54,761 nt of DNA, taken from assembly GCA_964471165.1 (NCBI GenBank), contig CAYYEX010000003.1, positions 1 through 54,761 of the forward strand, in the 5' to 3' direction. Both the position numbers and the translations under genes were made by a program. The stretch comes from an uncultured Candidatus Saccharibacteria bacterium. Its GTDB lineage: Bacteria > Patescibacteriota > Minisyncoccia > Phycocordibacterales > UBA2100. The notes beneath the pieces are model-generated. The model did not search any database, was not told where the DNA came from, and saw only the letters and a program-made list of their open reading frames with translations. Positions 38,526 to 48,145 of this stretch are shown here, in pieces; position 1 is the first letter of the stretch; the number at the start of each line of letters is the position of its first letter.

Positions 38526-40346
38526 CTACTCAACGGTCACGGATTTTGCGAGGTTGCGCGGCCTATCCACATTGAACCCCTTTTCCTTTGCAAAGTAGTA
38601 CGCAAAAAGCTGCAACGGTATGACCGAGAGAATTGGCGTGAGCATTTCGATGGTTTCGGGTATGTACATCACGTCGTCGGCATATTCTTTAATTCCTTCG
38701 TTGCCTTCTGTTGCGACTGCAATCACCGGCCCCTTGCGAGCACGCACCACCTGAATGTTGGAAATCATTTTGTCGTAAACCGAATCGCTTGGTGCAATGG
38801 CAACAGTAGGAAAATGCTCATCAATCATCGCAAGCGGTCCGTGTTTCATTTCCCCTGCGCCACACCCTTCAGCGTGCACGTAAGATATTTCTTTGAGCTT
38901 GAGTGCTCCTTCGTAGGCAACAGGATAGTTATATTTGCGTGCGATATACATAAAATCGCGGCACTTTATGTACTTCTTAGCGAGCTGCTCAATCTTGTCT
39001 CGCGACTTGAGAATCGTCTCAATCTTTTCAGGAAGTGCTTGGAGCGCCTCGGCAATTTCCTTCCCTGTTGCTACGCTCATTTGCCGCTGGCGGCCGAGAA
39101 ACATAGTAAGGAGCGCAAAGGCCGTGAGTTGCGATACGAGCGCCTTTGTCGACGCCACACCCACTTCGGGACCCGCATGGTTGTAAACTCCCGCATCTGT
39201 CTCGCGTGCGATTGTGGAACCCACGGTGTTTACAATGCCAAGTGTAATAGCACCCTTGCGCTTACCCTCGCGAATCGCTTCGAGTGTATCTGCAGTTTCT
39301 CCCGACTGTGACACCGCTAGTACCGCCGTCTTTTCATCTAAAATCGGTGAGCGATAGCGAAACTCGCTCCCGAGCTCAACTTCGATGGGAATACCCGCAT
39401 ACTCTTCGAGCATGTATTCCCCGGTAAGCCCTGCGTAGTATGCAGTTCCGCAGCCCACAATGATGAGCCGTTTAACCGCTTGTAACTCCTCAGCCACGGC
39501 TTCGAGCCCACCGAGCTTTGCGCGTCCCTCATCCGGAATCAATCTCCCCCGGATGGTGTTTCGCACCACTTCGGGAGCCTCCATGATTTCTTTAAGCATG
39601 AAGTGTTCGTAGCCATCACGCTGCGCCACCTGTTCGTCCCAATCAATTTCCTCGGGCGCGCGGGTGATTGATTTTGAATCGAGCGTAAAGATTTCGTGAC
39701 TATCTGGTGTGAGGGATACGATTTCTCCATCGTTGAGAAATACTACGGTGCGTGTGTGGCGCAGAATCGGACTCGCGTCGGAGGCAATGAACGCTTCATG
39801 CTCACCCAATCCCACCACAACCGGCGCGCCAAGGCGTGCCCCGATAAGACGCTTAGGTTCTTTTTTGTATTGAATCACCATCCCGTAAGCACCACGCAAT
39901 TCGTTGATAGCTTTGAGTGCAGCTTTTTCAAAACTTTCTTCCGTTTTCAGATGCTCCTCCACGAGATGCGAAATCACTTCGGTGTCTGTTGCCGAAGCAA
40001 ACGTGTGCCCTTTTTTAATCAGTGCATCTTTGAGCTCCTTAAAATTTTCGATGATACCGTTGTGTACAACCCACACGTCGCCGCCACAATCCGAATGCGG
40101 ATGCGCGTTCTGTTCAGTTGGTTCTCCGTGTGTCGCCCAACGCAAGTGCGCTATACCGCTGGTGCCATAGAAGCCTGATGGAATCTTTCGCTTCAAAATG
40201 TTGACCGCACCCTTTGCCTTGATTGCTCCACTCTCAGGCGTATATACGCCGGCAGAATCATAGCCGCGATATTCAAGCGACATAAGTCCGTCGACGAGGA
40301 CCTCGCCTGCGTTTTTCGAACCCGTGTAGGCAAAAATACCGCACAT
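38526..40346 (-). CDS. glmS: Glutamine--fructose-6-phosphate aminotransferase (isomerizing)
   Basis: N-terminal MCGIFAY (Ntn-Cys), two SIS domains, and C-terminal DRPRNLAKSVTVE. Confidence 0.96.
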   Translation of the reverse strand: MCGIFAYTGSKNAGEVLVDGLMSLEYRGYDSAGVYTPESGAIKAKGAVNILKRKIPSGFYGTSGIAHLRWATHGEPTEQNAHPHSDCGGDVWVVHNGIIENFKELKDALIKKGHTFASATDTEVISHLVEEHLKTEESFEKAALKAINELRGAYGMVIQYKKEPKRLIGARLGAPVVVGLGEHEAFIASDASPILRHTRTVVFLNDGEIVSLTPDSHEIFTLDSKSITRAPEEIDWDEQVAQRDGYEHFMLKEIMEAPEVVRNTIRGRLIPDEGRAKLGGLEAVAEELQAVKRLIIVGCGTAYYAGLTGEYMLEEYAGIPIEVELGSEFRYRSPILDEKTAVLAVSQSGETADTLEAIREGKRKGAITLGIVNTVGSTIARETDAGVYNHAGPEVGVASTKALVSQLTAFALLTMFLGRQRQMSVATGKEIAEALQALPEKIETILKSRDKIEQLAKKYIKCRDFMYIARKYNYPVAYEGALKLKEISYVHAEGCGAGEMKHGPLAMIDEHFPTVAIAPSDSVYDKMISNIQVVRARKGPVIAVATEGNEGIKEYADDVMYIPETIEMLTPILSVIPLQLFAYYFAKEKGFNVDRPRNLAKSVTVE

Positions 40347-40368
40347 CGGGCTACTGTATCACGAGCAC

Positions 40369-41355
40369 TCAGGCCAAAACCAGCTCCGCGATTGAGCGCC
40401 GAAACGCATAAATTGCGTTGTCATTTATAGGACGAGAGGGATAGGTGCGGTTCGAGAGAATGACGAGTCCGACACCCCTGTCGATGTCACAGACAACGCT
40501 CGTACCAGTAAAACCGGTTTTTCCGAATGTGCGCGGTCCGAAATGGGTCCCCATAAATGAGCCATGATTGAGTCCCCACCCAAGACCCTTGTGCGCACCC
40601 TTAACGATGTACGGAAAACTCCCCGCGAGCAGACTCTCGAGAAATGATGCGATGTCACCGGCATTAGAGAACAATCCTGCATGACCCACAGCAAGGCCAG
40701 CGCGAGCAAATGCGCGCGCGGATTCGTCGTGCACAATTCCAACCACGTCCCCTGTTTCCTCTGTTTCGGTCGGCGCAATAGAGAACGCAACATCAGGAAC
40801 CATCCCAGCAACCGGGAAAAACGTGGAGCGCATGTTCAACGGTTCAAAAAAAGCTTCGCGGGCAAGCACGTCGATTGTTTTGCCACTCACGCGCTCAACA
40901 ATGATGCCGAGCAAGTAGGAAGGGAGGTTCGAATAGTGCGACTCGCCGGGCAATTCAGCAAAACCGGTGGCGAAGATGTGGCCACGAATCTCGCGAGGCG
41001 GGAGGTGTGCGAGCAGCGACATTGCAGGTCCGTGTACGCGGTACTTCAATAAATCTTCAATGGTAGCCGCATGGTCATTCTGTAACTCTGGTATCCATGT
41101 GCGCACCAAGTCATCAAACGACAGTGCACCATCGGATTCAAGCTTGAGAATAAGGGACGCAAGCGGTATTGATTTGGTGATTGAGGCGAGGTCGTAAATG
41201 GTGTCTTCGCGCACCAGCTCGCCATTGAGTGCTATGGTGCCAAACGCATTAATAGTGCGCTCCCCCGTGCGAACGACGGCAATCACACATCCGGGAAATA
41301 CCCCCTCCGAGATTGCTTTTTTGGTTATTTCCGCGATTTCTGCGGAGCGATTCAT
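40369..41355 (-). CDS. Serine hydrolase of the beta-lactamase / PBP4*-like (class C-related) family
   Basis: S-x-x-K motif in YDLASITKS, with overall length and pattern (YSN, HAGLFS) typical of the family. Its start overlaps the upstream stop as ATGA. Confidence 0.7.
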   Translation of the reverse strand: MNRSAEIAEITKKAISEGVFPGCVIAVVRTGERTINAFGTIALNGELVREDTIYDLASITKSIPLASLILKLESDGALSFDDLVRTWIPELQNDHAATIEDLLKYRVHGPAMSLLAHLPPREIRGHIFATGFAELPGESHYSNLPSYLLGIIVERVSGKTIDVLAREAFFEPLNMRSTFFPVAGMVPDVAFSIAPTETEETGDVVGIVHDESARAFARAGLAVGHAGLFSNAGDIASFLESLLAGSFPYIVKGAHKGLGWGLNHGSFMGTHFGPRTFGKTGFTGTSVVCDIDRGVGLVILSNRTYPSRPINDNAIYAFRRSIAELVLA

Positions 41356-41735
41356 AGTTGTGAAAGAAAATGCGTAATCTTATCCGATGACTCTCGCGCT
41401 ATGAATTCTTCCTTTGTAAGCCATTCATACTGGTCGTGTTCATAGCTCAGTGTGATGACAGGGTCCGTAACCTTCGCATGGTAGAGAATCATCACCCAGT
41501 ACTCGTTGCGTTTGTTTGTGCTGCCGTACGCACCGCGCACAATCAAATCCTCTACCTCGATACCGGCCTCTTCGCGAATCTCGCGACGCATGCTCTCTTC
41601 AAGATTCTCCCGTTCCTCGAGCTGACCCCCTGGCAAATCCCATGTAAGTGGCCGCGACGGATCGGTGTCCGAGCGACGAAGTGCCAATATTTTTCCTGCT
41701 GAATTAAAAACGAAGGCTTTTTGCGAAACCTCCAT
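41352..41735 (-). CDS. NUDIX hydrolase
   Basis: Nudix box GGQLEERENLEESMRREIREEAGI (Gx5Ex7REUxEExGU). Start taken at ATG 41735, 2 nt after the upstream stop. Confidence 0.85.
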   Translation of the reverse strand: MEVSQKAFVFNSAGKILALRRSDTDPSRPLTWDLPGGQLEERENLEESMRREIREEAGIEVEDLIVRGAYGSTNKRNEYWVMILYHAKVTDPVITLSYEHDQYEWLTKEEFIARESSDKITHFLSQL

Positions 41736-41737
41736 AG

Positions 41738-42817
41738 CTACGCGTCCGGGTATGCTTCTTTTATTTGTTGTGCGAGATACGGGTTCCACATTGCGCCGGT
41801 AGCGGACATGACCACATCTGCTCCTGCGTCGCGGTAGGCCTTGTAGTCATCTGCAACTGTTACACCGCCCACGCCCTCTAGGCTAAATGTGAAGCCACGC
41901 TTATCTTTTATGGCCTTCATACGCTTCACAAAATCGATACCGGCCCAACGTATTCCCGCTCCACAAACACCGGAGCGAAGTCGCGCGGGAGAGCCTGGCA
42001 ATGCCTGCTCGCCGGCTGCGTTGCGCACCTCTGCCTGCAATGTGTTGATACCAGAAATACCGTTGGCGTATTCGTTGGCAATTTCGGCGAGCTTTTCCAT
42101 GTCGGCATCATCTTTGTAGTAACCCACTTTCAAAATAAGTGGCGTGTTACCGATGACACTGCGAATGCCCTTGGCGACCTGTTCGGTCACGTCGAGGTTG
42201 TAGCAGATGAGACCCTCGTTTCCAATGTTCGGACACGAGAGGTTTGTTTCGAGAACTTTTGCTCCCGTTTCGTACGAAAGTTTTGCAGCGAGCACGCAGT
42301 CATCTATAAACTCCTGCTGGCTTTGTCCCTCTCGAACGGTTCCCATCGAAGAGAGCACCAAAACCTGCCCCTTACCAGCTGCGGCAATTGCCTTTTGCGC
42401 ATCTGCCTGCCAGACACCGGCTTCCTTTGATGGCACTCCAAACGAGTTTGTTATTGAAAGCGGTTCTGTGTACGTGGCATCTGCAACCACAGGGTTTGCA
42501 AGCGCCGCGAAATCCAAATCCCCTTTTGGATGAATGGCGAGCACATTAGGAAACGGATGTGATGGAAAAATACCAGAGCGGACCGTCTTGTAGACGGCAA
42601 TATCAAATCCTTTTTTGAACGCGGCTGCGCAAAATGCACTGTTGAGCAATGGGCCGGCGGGAATCCCAAGCGGCGCGAATACTTTCTGTCCGTGGAAATC
42701 GTGTGTTGGCTCCCCCGATTGTACGAAGGTATCGTGGTCAGCAAACGCACCAAACGGACCTTGGTCGTAATTATCTTCGTAGGAACGGAGCGGATCGTAG
42801 AACGGCGCTTGAAGCAT
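41738..42817 (-). CDS. Dihydroorotate dehydrogenase-like (class 1 DHOD/DHPD family) flavin TIM-barrel oxidoreductase
   Basis: GIPAGPLLNS, NLSCPNIG and GVGGVTVADD are typical of the family. I prefer ATG 42817 over the TTG at 42883. Confidence 0.65.
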   Translation of the reverse strand: MLQAPFYDPLRSYEDNYDQGPFGAFADHDTFVQSGEPTHDFHGQKVFAPLGIPAGPLLNSAFCAAAFKKGFDIAVYKTVRSGIFPSHPFPNVLAIHPKGDLDFAALANPVVADATYTEPLSITNSFGVPSKEAGVWQADAQKAIAAAGKGQVLVLSSMGTVREGQSQQEFIDDCVLAAKLSYETGAKVLETNLSCPNIGNEGLICYNLDVTEQVAKGIRSVIGNTPLILKVGYYKDDADMEKLAEIANEYANGISGINTLQAEVRNAAGEQALPGSPARLRSGVCGAGIRWAGIDFVKRMKAIKDKRGFTFSLEGVGGVTVADDYKAYRDAGADVVMSATGAMWNPYLAQQIKEAYPDA

Positions 42818-42854
42818 GCGCGCATCATACACGATGGCCCGACACGTGCGCCAG

Positions 42855-42883
42855 TATATAAAAGTGGATTCAAATGAACTCAA
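42855..42883 (-). promoter_or_regulatory. Candidate promoter TTGAGT-17nt-TATATA for the DHOD-like gene
   Basis: Minus strand reads TTGAGT (42883-42878), a 17-nt spacer, then TATATA (42860-42855). The -35 lies in the proximal unit of the 10-bp tandem repeat. Confidence 0.4.
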
Positions 42884-42910
42884 GAAAACTCAAGAGAACT
42901 CAAGAGAACT
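42877..42910. repeat. 3.4 tandem copies of a 10-bp unit (AACTCAAGAR)
   Basis: aactcaagaa / aactcaagag / aactcaagag / aact, read directly. It lies between the matrixin-gene stop and the DHOD-like gene start. Confidence 0.85.
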
Positions 42911-43841
42911 ATAGTCGACACACTGCGTTGAGCGCAGCAATATCTTCTTTTGTTGGGACTATGTTTGCGCTCTGGTTGAGGCGATACATGATGGATTCCT
43001 TGCCATCCACATGCTCAATACCGAGCGCATGACCAAATTCATGCGCGAGCAAGCGTGTGAGCCGAGTCTGCGAATCAAACTCGAATACTGTGATTGATTC
43101 ACTACCCGCACGACTCTCAAATACACCCTCCTCGAACTCCTCTCCTGTCTGGGCACCAACTTTGTTGTAAGTGCGTGCTGTTGCGTTGATGTCTCCTGCA
43201 ATAATATTCAATTTTTTAGCCAGTGCGTTCACCTCATCAGCGAGTGCATTTACTCTCTGCTGTTCCGCCGTGATTACTTGCTGCCGTTTCTGCAGTGCTT
43301 CTTTCTCGGCATTTAAGCGCTTCACGACCGCAGATGTTGCACCGCCACGAGCATTCCACGAATCAACCTCTTTCTGGTAGGCGCTCGCGTCCTGCTCGAA
43401 ACGAGCAACAGTTGCCTCAAATGCAGCCTTTTGCTGGAGGAATTGTGAACGCTTTGCATCATACTCAGCTTCCGCGCTCTCATATTTTGCGTTCGTGTTT
43501 GTTATCTGAGAACCTAAATCCTTGAGAGTTTCGGTGGTCTCTTGTCGCACGTCGTATTCAAATTTCACCGTAATTACTGGTGTACCGGTCGCGAGCTCAA
43601 CAAACAAATCCCTGCCGGAAACCAATTCCCAGACGGCAACCGCATCATCTGCCGCGCGCTCCACGTCGGCACGCGAAACATCGAAGCCCGCATCTATGGA
43701 GTTTATCGTGTACGGAATGGCAATTCTGCACGGGAGAACCTCTTGGACCATCTGATAGGAAAACACCCGCAGGGGCGCGCGGAACACAAACACAACCCCC
43801 GCTATGAGGACCAGCAGGATGAGTGTTGATGCGCGCCCCAT
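42909..43841 (-). CDS. Membrane-anchored matrixin-type (M10, metzincin) zinc metalloprotease with coiled-coil linker
   Basis: HEFGHALGIEH (HExxHxxGxxH) followed by the Met-turn SIMY. N-terminal TM segment is LILLVLIAGVVFVF, and the central region is Ala/Glu/Gln-rich. Confidence 0.8.
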   Translation of the reverse strand: MGRASTLILLVLIAGVVFVFRAPLRVFSYQMVQEVLPCRIAIPYTINSIDAGFDVSRADVERAADDAVAVWELVSGRDLFVELATGTPVITVKFEYDVRQETTETLKDLGSQITNTNAKYESAEAEYDAKRSQFLQQKAAFEATVARFEQDASAYQKEVDSWNARGGATSAVVKRLNAEKEALQKRQQVITAEQQRVNALADEVNALAKKLNIIAGDINATARTYNKVGAQTGEEFEEGVFESRAGSESITVFEFDSQTRLTRLLAHEFGHALGIEHVDGKESIMYRLNQSANIVPTKEDIAALNAVCRL

Positions 43842-43850
43842 ACGAGGCGT

Positions 43851-44267
43851 TTATGCGACCTTCTTCGCAGCCTTTTTTACTGCCTTTTTCACTGTCTTCT
43901 TTGCCACTTTAACAGCGCCTCCGGCCTCGTCACGAAGTTCGTCCCAATGAGCCTTCAGCTCTTTTGCGGCTCGCATGAGCGCTTCTTTGTCTACCTTCGG
44001 ACCGTTTGCGGCGTATGCTTTTGCTGCCTTGTCGACGATTTTCATTACCGCCGCTTTATCAATTTTTTGGAGCTTTTTTGCCTCTTTCACAACGTCGCGC
44101 TTCATATCAGATGCCCACTTTGAGGCAATCTTTCGATGCTTTGTCGCGTCCTTGCTTGCATAAAAATAGTATCCTGCTGCTGCAGCAGCTCCTGCTGCGG
44201 CGAGCGCTGCGAGTCCGAGACCCGCACGTGATCCTTTCTGAACCGACTTTTCCTGTTTTTTTGCCAT
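43851..44267 (-). CDS. YtxH-like Lys/Ala-rich membrane-associated protein
   Basis: GLGLAALAAAGAAAAAGYYFYASKDATKHRK is followed by long amphipathic Lys/Ala helices. Start taken at ATG 44267. Confidence 0.4.
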   Translation of the reverse strand: MAKKQEKSVQKGSRAGLGLAALAAAGAAAAAGYYFYASKDATKHRKIASKWASDMKRDVVKEAKKLQKIDKAAVMKIVDKAAKAYAANGPKVDKEALMRAAKELKAHWDELRDEAGGAVKVAKKTVKKAVKKAAKKVA

Positions 44268-44288
44268 ACTGAAAAAAATTAACAATAA

Positions 44289-44594
44289 TTATTCCGAACT
44301 ATCTTCTTGGGGCTTGCGCGACTTCCCGCGCGGTCGCATAAAGCTCTCGGCTCGTCTGCGCGCAAATCCTGCCAGGGTTGAGAACTTGAAGCCCTCGCGT
44401 TTGATTGCTCCGCGCAGGTCTGCAACATCCGCGCGAATCAAGTCGCCCTCCTCGCTCACTATCTGCGTCACATGCTCGACATGGCGCAGTATCTTCACTA
44501 CTCGGTAGAGAATAAGTGCAAGTAGAACCGCAACGACAATGACCGCAAGCGTGGCCACGACGAAAAACACGTCCATCTTCACGAATTCATTCAT
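44289..44594 (-). CDS. Small single-pass membrane protein, DUF948 (YtxG)-like
   Basis: An N-terminal TM segment is followed by a charged helical region. Pairing with a YtxH-like neighbour mirrors the ytxG-ytxH arrangement known in Firmicutes. Confidence 0.35.
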   Translation of the reverse strand: MNEFVKMDVFFVVATLAVIVVAVLLALILYRVVKILRHVEHVTQIVSEEGDLIRADVADLRGAIKREGFKFSTLAGFARRRAESFMRPRGKSRKPQEDSSE

Positions 44595-44694
44595 ACCAGT
44601 GCTAGTACTGTATCAGACCGCGTCGATAGTGCATTCCCCGCCTTCTGTGGTTTATCAAAAAAGGCGGGAGATTTGATGAAGCATCGATTTCCCA

Positions 44695-45318
44695 TTAGCG
44701 GCAGCTGAGCGCCTCGCGGCACTGTGTGCGCTGCGGCTCCGGAGCCTGGTCGCACATATTGCATTGCGCTGACTTTGTAGGCATAGCACCCGGTGCTGGA
44801 GCGGCACCCGTACCTGCCCCCGCTTTCATCATGGCACTCATGTCGGTAAATGTGACTCCAGACGGAAGCTGGAACTTTGATTCATCGGCCGACCACTTTG
44901 AGCACTTGTAGTCTGTTTTCTTATCCGGGTCGAGTCCTTGTTGTGAGTCGCCGGCTGGAGTCCCCTCTGTCGTCGTGAACGATGATTTAAAGCCCTGATT
45001 CATGCCCTCCATCCATGTATTCACGGTGGTGCCATCAGAAATCATGTGACCAACAAACGTTCCCGACTGTGTTTCCGACATAAAGTCTCCGCGCACCTTC
45101 CCCTTGGCGACATATATAGTGCCGGATGTCTCGGACTGGGGCTCGTAGAAATCACACTTCTGCGAAACGCCAGATGCTACGAGCTCTTTCATCGACCGCA
45201 TTGCGGCCGGTGTGTCACCTCCTGTCATCATTGAGCTACCACCCGTACTCGAGTAGAAATACCAACCTCCTGCCGCCACAAGAATAACCGCAATAATACC
45301 GATAACTGTTTTATTCAT
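44695..45318 (-). CDS. Hypothetical membrane-anchored extracytoplasmic protein with C-terminal Cys cluster
   Basis: TM segment is VIGIIAVILVAAGGWYFY, and the chain ends in CNMCDQAPEPQRTQCREALSC. Start taken at ATG 45318. Confidence 0.5.
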   Translation of the reverse strand: MNKTVIGIIAVILVAAGGWYFYSSTGGSSMMTGGDTPAAMRSMKELVASGVSQKCDFYEPQSETSGTIYVAKGKVRGDFMSETQSGTFVGHMISDGTTVNTWMEGMNQGFKSSFTTTEGTPAGDSQQGLDPDKKTDYKCSKWSADESKFQLPSGVTFTDMSAMMKAGAGTGAAPAPGAMPTKSAQCNMCDQAPEPQRTQCREALSCR

Positions 45319-45418
45319 AGAAATGCGAATGAATGATATGCCCCCACTATGAACCTGTGGGGGCGCTGCGCAAGCAGGGCGCGGGTACAAACAAACTGTC
45401 GATTTGCTGCGGAAACAC

Positions 45419-46003
45419 TTACTTAATCCCCCCGCTCATCTGCCAGTCGCTGATAGCCTGAAACGGATGGATGAGATTTATGACGTTGAGTGTGAGATTG
45501 TCGCGAATCATGTAGAGCGCAAACAATTCAAAGACGACCGCAGCAATGACGATAATCCACCACGAATATTTCCGGGCGGCCACGAACCCGACGGCCATGA
45601 ACAGGGTATCCATTACCGAGTTAATGATGCTGTCCCCCGAATACCCCACCGCAAGTGCCTGCTCACGATAGTGCTGGATAACCATGGGAGTATTTTCCGA
45701 CACCTCCCACGCGCTCTCCACACCAAGAGCAAGGAGAATCCGCAGTCGAAACGGAATGTTTGGCATGAGCCACGCAAGGACGCCATAAAAGATGAATCCG
45801 TGCACGATGTGCGAAAAGGTGTACCAATCCGACAAATGCTGCGAGTTCCCGGTACTGAGCACTGTACCTTCCCATAGTTTTATGGTGCCGCACTCACAAA
45901 TTGGCGGCTGGCCGAATATAAAGAGCGTAACCGCCTGCGCCGCTACGATGGCTACGCCCACAAGCGCGGCTGTGCGCAGGGTCATTTTCACAATTCCCGA
46001 CAT
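45419..46003 (-). CDS. DUF2585 (UPF0314) family integral membrane protein
   Basis: CECGTIKLWEGTVLSTGNSQHLSDWYTFSHIVHGFIFYG resembles the conserved N-terminal block of UPF0314 proteins. Confidence 0.55.
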   Translation of the reverse strand: MSGIVKMTLRTAALVGVAIVAAQAVTLFIFGQPPICECGTIKLWEGTVLSTGNSQHLSDWYTFSHIVHGFIFYGVLAWLMPNIPFRLRILLALGVESAWEVSENTPMVIQHYREQALAVGYSGDSIINSVMDTLFMAVGFVAARKYSWWIIVIAAVVFELFALYMIRDNLTLNVINLIHPFQAISDWQMSGGIK

Positions 46004-46089
46004 ACCCCCAGTCTAGCAGTCCATAGGCCACATATGTCATACTTTTGATATCAGTACGTCTTATCTGCATTAATACTTACGTCATATTT

Positions 46090-47208
46090 ATGAACATGGA
46101 TTTTATAAAGAACTTTGAACCGACCCCACTCAAGCTCGTAAAGCTTGTAGGAATACTTGTGGCAGCACTTGTGGTGCTTGCGGTGGCTGCGCAAATGTTT
46201 GCCCCCTCGCTCCCCGTCTCGATGCTGCCTGGCGCGCCCGGAATGGACGCCGCATATCCGAGCGAAATGGGCGTTTCGTATTCGACAGATAACTACGACG
46301 GAGGCTATGGCTACGCATCTGCAAAACAGGTTTCTGCACCGACTGGTGGATACGCAGGAGGCATAGCGCAAAGCGGCATCACACTCTCGGCGCGAAACTT
46401 AGTGCCGATTACGAATATCAATCCGAGCATGCCGCCGTTTCCCGGTTCTCAGCCTTCTGGCGACACTGCGGAGGATTACGAGGTGACCGATTACAGCGCC
46501 CAAATAGAAACGCGAAAACTTAATCAAACGTGTGCGGCGTTTGCTGAACTCAAGGAAAAAGACTACGTGGTATTCGAATCCTCGAATAAATACGATTCGG
46601 GATGTTCATTCTCATTTAAGGTGGAGCACGCTCGCGTGGCCGAGGTTCTTGCGTGGATTAAAGACCTTGACCCTCGCTACCTCAACGAAAATACTTACAC
46701 AATAAAGAAACAGGTCGACGACTTTACGAGCGAAGAAGACATTCTTAAAAAGAAACTCGCCGATATTGATGCCACACTCAAGAGCGCAACTGCTGCCTAC
46801 GACCAAGTAACCCGTCTTGCTACGCAAACCGAAGACGCCTCGAGCTTAGCCCAAATTATCCAGAGCCGCATCCAAATCATCCAGCAACTCACCCAGGAGA
46901 AGCTCAACGTGAGTGAGCAGCTTGAGCGTCTTGCTCGTGCAAAGGCAGAAAGCTTGGACCACCTCGACTACACGTACTTCAATGTAAACGTTGCGGAAAA
47001 CAAGTTCATAGACACTGAGGCAGTTAAAGATTCTTGGAAGCAGTCAGTGCGCGACGTTGTGCATGTAATCAACGGAGCTATGCAGGGAGTAACCATCAAC
47101 CTCATTGCACTCTTTGTACTCCTAGTGCAATACGCGCTCTACGCACTCATTCTCCTGCTCGTTGTGAAGTACGGCTGGCAGACCGCAGTGAAAATCTGGA
47201 AAAAGTAG
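46090..47208 (+). CDS. DUF4349-like membrane protein (N-terminal anchor, coiled coil, C-terminal TM pair)
   Basis: Architecture plus DDFTSEEDILKKKLADIDATLK...LNVSEQLERLARAK...YTYFNVNVAE, then two C-terminal TM segments. Confidence 0.5.
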   Translation: MNMDFIKNFEPTPLKLVKLVGILVAALVVLAVAAQMFAPSLPVSMLPGAPGMDAAYPSEMGVSYSTDNYDGGYGYASAKQVSAPTGGYAGGIAQSGITLSARNLVPITNINPSMPPFPGSQPSGDTAEDYEVTDYSAQIETRKLNQTCAAFAELKEKDYVVFESSNKYDSGCSFSFKVEHARVAEVLAWIKDLDPRYLNENTYTIKKQVDDFTSEEDILKKKLADIDATLKSATAAYDQVTRLATQTEDASSLAQIIQSRIQIIQQLTQEKLNVSEQLERLARAKAESLDHLDYTYFNVNVAENKFIDTEAVKDSWKQSVRDVVHVINGAMQGVTINLIALFVLLVQYALYALILLLVVKYGWQTAVKIWKK

Positions 47209-47227
47209 TAGTCTTCGCGACCGCAAT

Positions 47228-47484
47228 ACATTTCGGAGCCGGATAATCTTTTGCTAAAGATTTCCTCTGTCGCAGCCCGTCGGCTTTGCGAACGCTCCGA
47301 AAGCATTGCGGCCGCTTCGATGTGGCACGTAGCGGAGGCGGCGGGTGTGGTTTTGGAGGCCCACAAAGCGACCAAGCGAAGCGACACCTCCCTCTTTGGG
47401 GAATTTGAAGCCCGACGGGGCGAGACTAAGCTAATTTCTTAGCAAAGAAATTCGCGACCCCAAAGAGGGTGGTGTCCGAAGCGC
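47228..47484. other. Non-coding region with nested inverted repeats (candidate structured RNA or MITE-like relic)
   Basis: Four local stems were read directly:
- TTTCGGAGC (47231-47239) / GCTCCGAAA (47294-47302);
- AATCTTT-TGCT-AAAGATT (about 47245-47262);
- CACCTCCCTCTTTGGGG (47386-47402) / CCCCAAAGAGGGTGGTG (47458-47474), pairing at 16 of 17;
- AATTTCTT-AGCA-AAGAAATT (about 47433-47452).
In addition, block 47244-47290 resembles the reverse complement of 47404-47452. Confidence 0.45.
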
Positions 47485-47488
47485 AAAG

Positions 47489-48034
47489 TTATGAAAAAAT
47501 GGTCGCGGTGTTGCGCAACTGGAGGCGTAGCTCGCGGTGGTCAGGAAACTCCTCTGCTACGAGGGCCCAAAAGGCCTTGGAGTGGTCGAACTGCCGGATG
47601 TGGCAAATCTCGTGGGCTACGATGTAGTCGGCAAGCCGTGGCTCAAGGAGGGCGATTTTGTAGTTAAACGAAAGGTTTGCAGTCTCAGAGCAGCTTCCCC
47701 AGCGGCTTTTTTGTGCGCGTATTGAAATTTTCTTGTAGGTCACCCCGTAACGAGCGGCGTAATGTTCTGCGCGAGCAACAGAAAGCGCGAGCGCCTGCTT
47801 CTTGAGCCCGGGAATATCGGCGCGCCGGATGCGCAGGATGGTGCGACCCCGTGTTTCCTCCACTTTTGTGCGCACCCATTGCGAGTGCTTCATCACAAAA
47901 TCTTCAATCGCCTGCAATGCAAAGAAACGCGGCGCAGTAACCACCACATTGCCATCGGGATATATTGCAAGACGCATCGTGCGTGCACGCTTGCTTCGTT
48001 TTACCGTGTAATCAATGTCGAGCTGCTTTCGCAT
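47489..48034 (-). CDS. YgjP/DUF45 (WLM/SprT-like) metal-dependent hydrolase
   Basis: VAHEICHIRQFDHSKAFWALV (HExxH...H) near the C-terminus, with the size typical of DUF45. Confidence 0.75.
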   Translation of the reverse strand: MRKQLDIDYTVKRSKRARTMRLAIYPDGNVVVTAPRFFALQAIEDFVMKHSQWVRTKVEETRGRTILRIRRADIPGLKKQALALSVARAEHYAARYGVTYKKISIRAQKSRWGSCSETANLSFNYKIALLEPRLADYIVAHEICHIRQFDHSKAFWALVAEEFPDHRELRLQLRNTATIFS

Positions 48035-48145
48035 ACGCGCATCCTACCAGATGTTTTTATTTTTTTGGAATATTTCGTTTGTTAAATCTTCATCCCAAAG
48101 AAAAACACGCGGCTGTGCCGCGTGTTTTTCAGAAATCATCGCTGA

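Noticed and set aside
38376-39311. 311-aa plus-strand ORF and the 61-aa minus-strand ORF at 38348-38533.
   Set aside because: The first is antisense to glmS. The second crosses the glmS stop and its terminator hairpin.
40347-40368. I looked for a glmS ribozyme upstream of glmS.
   Set aside because: Only 22 nt separate the glmS start from the stop of the preceding gene, so there is no room for the ~170-nt ribozyme.
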